DNA of 64,000 nucleotides from the human T2T-CHM13v2.0 reference genome, Homo sapiens. The notes beneath the pieces were generated by a model. The model was not told where the DNA came from. It did no database searches and was given only the letters and a program-made list of their open reading frames with translations. The translations under genes and the position numbers were made by a program. The DNA lies in NCBI RefSeq assembly GCF_009914755.1, contig NC_060936.1. One strand, given 5' to 3'. Shown piece by piece: positions 62,436 to 64,000 of this stretch (its first letter is position 1; every line of letters starts with the position of its first letter).

Positions 62436-63289
62436 TAAGTCAGAACTGAGCTTGCAGAAGCAGTTTCTAGGGTCCCAACTGCAGACGTTCTTGGGCCAGC
62501 GGTATGCAAACGATGAGATTTCCAGGTTCAGAGTCTAGGTTGACAGTCTTCACTATAATTTATCTAATTTTAATCTCATGAATATTTACTGTAGTAGGCC
62601 TTATGAGAAGCTAAAGGGGCCCACCATCATAAACTGGGCAGATACAGATACCCATTAAAAAAAGTAATCTCAATTTGGGAAAATATGTGGATTGTTTTAT
62701 GGCTTCATTATCTTCACTTGCTGAAGATCTAAGCCATTTAAAATACTTTCTGGCATAGAGGGAGTACAAACAGTGGTATAAACACATATATACATTTGCT
62801 AGTACGTGTTTAAAATGCATACTAGTTTAGCTATGATCAACACCTTTTTAACTAGGAAAACATTTTTAAGGTAAAAGATTTTCCAAGAATCCCTCATATG
62901 GCAAGAAAGCTATTATGATATCAAAGATGCTCTTAAATGCATTTATAATTTATTGAAGATAGTAGCATACGCATTTGTAAACTTTGGGCAGTTTTTCATA
63001 TAAGTTTTTTCATATAAGCAATATTTATTCATTCTATCTAAATCTGTATAGATTCCAGGATCCCTTTCTAAGCAGATTAGATGTGAAGTGACTCAATACC
63101 CCCTCAACCCTGACAACACCTCCACCCTCTAGGTTCAAATCCCATAGACTTGGAACTACTTTTATAGACACATATCACACATTTATTGTGACCCATTCAA
63201 AAGCATATGAGAGGGAACATATAGGCTCTCTCCAGCAAAATATTAATAAGGGTGGTACTAATTAATTAAGCAAAATATTAAAGTGTGGT

Positions 63290-63900
63290 AGGGAATGGGC
63301 AAAGACTATCAACACATTTGTTTTAGAAAAGGAAATACAAATGAGTTTTATACACATAGGCAAAATACTCAACCTCACACATAAAATGAGACTAACACTA
63401 AATGAGATACCAGTTTAAACATACCAAGTTGGCAAGGATCAAAAACTTTAATAGCACATGGATTTAGACAAGGAGTGGGAAACAGGCACATTTTTGCTCG
63501 GAGTGAAAATTGATTCAACCTCTTTAAAGCATACTTTGCTAAAAATCTATCAAAATTTAGAATATACATATCTATTGACCTAGAAGTTCTACTTTTCGGG
63601 TTTTCCAATAGATATGCTGTACACATACACAACAACCACATATAGATGTGTAAGGATATTCATTCCAGCATTGTTTGCGATAGCAAATGATTGGAAACAT
63701 TCTACCTATCTGTTAATAAAAAAACTGATTGGAAAATTATTTTACAGCCCCACAATGGAATACCATATTGCCATTTTAAAAACGAAGCCGCTCTGTATGT
63801 GCTAATATGAAATGGACTCCAAAATAGGTTATTAAATAAGAAATTCAAAGTGCTTTGATGTATACACAGAATGGAGTGTATAAATATCCTCCCATATATT
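63290..63900 (+). mobile_element. Ancient L1ME-like 3' fragment
   Basis: Degenerate ORF2 C-terminal peptide (RIFIPALFAIANDWK...MEYHIAI). Confidence 0.7.
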
Positions 63901-64000
63901 TTAAAGGGTCTATTCTGTATAATATATATAATATATACACGCATACATGCATACATAAACATCTCTGCTTATTTATGCATAGCATCTCTGTTGAAAATAA

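Overview
Primate (human or great-ape) euchromatic DNA with no CpG island. I recognise it as the BMAL2 (ARNTL2)-SMCO2 locus from the translated peptides. The + strand carries the last three coding exons of BMAL2 (7528-7606, 9747-9855, 12068-12204; C-terminus ...DFSDIQWTL*), a ~4.7 kb 3'UTR with an inverted Alu pair, ~45 kb of repeat-rich intergenic DNA, and the first coding exon of SMCO2 (ATG at 62301). Almost all other ORFs are L1 ORF2 fragments or Alu/chance frames. The least expected observations are: (i) a decayed Ty3/Gypsy-type integrase on the - strand (~43520-45110), with core motifs, a GPY/F module and a PPT-like tract, split by an L1+Alu; (ii) two unique-looking passengers with target-primed reverse transcription (TPRT) hallmarks: a 145-bp orphan insert in MER82 and an apparent L1 3' transduction; (iii) several locally templated insertion scars, including 77 bp of intronic MST LTR copied into the 3'UTR Alu and a 56-bp inverted copy of a MIR segment; (iv) an old ~295-bp local duplication bracketed by TG/CA tracts; (v) an end-to-end old L1 nested in a MER53. 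Repeat subfamily names come from my memory of consensus sequences and repeat boundaries are approximate.
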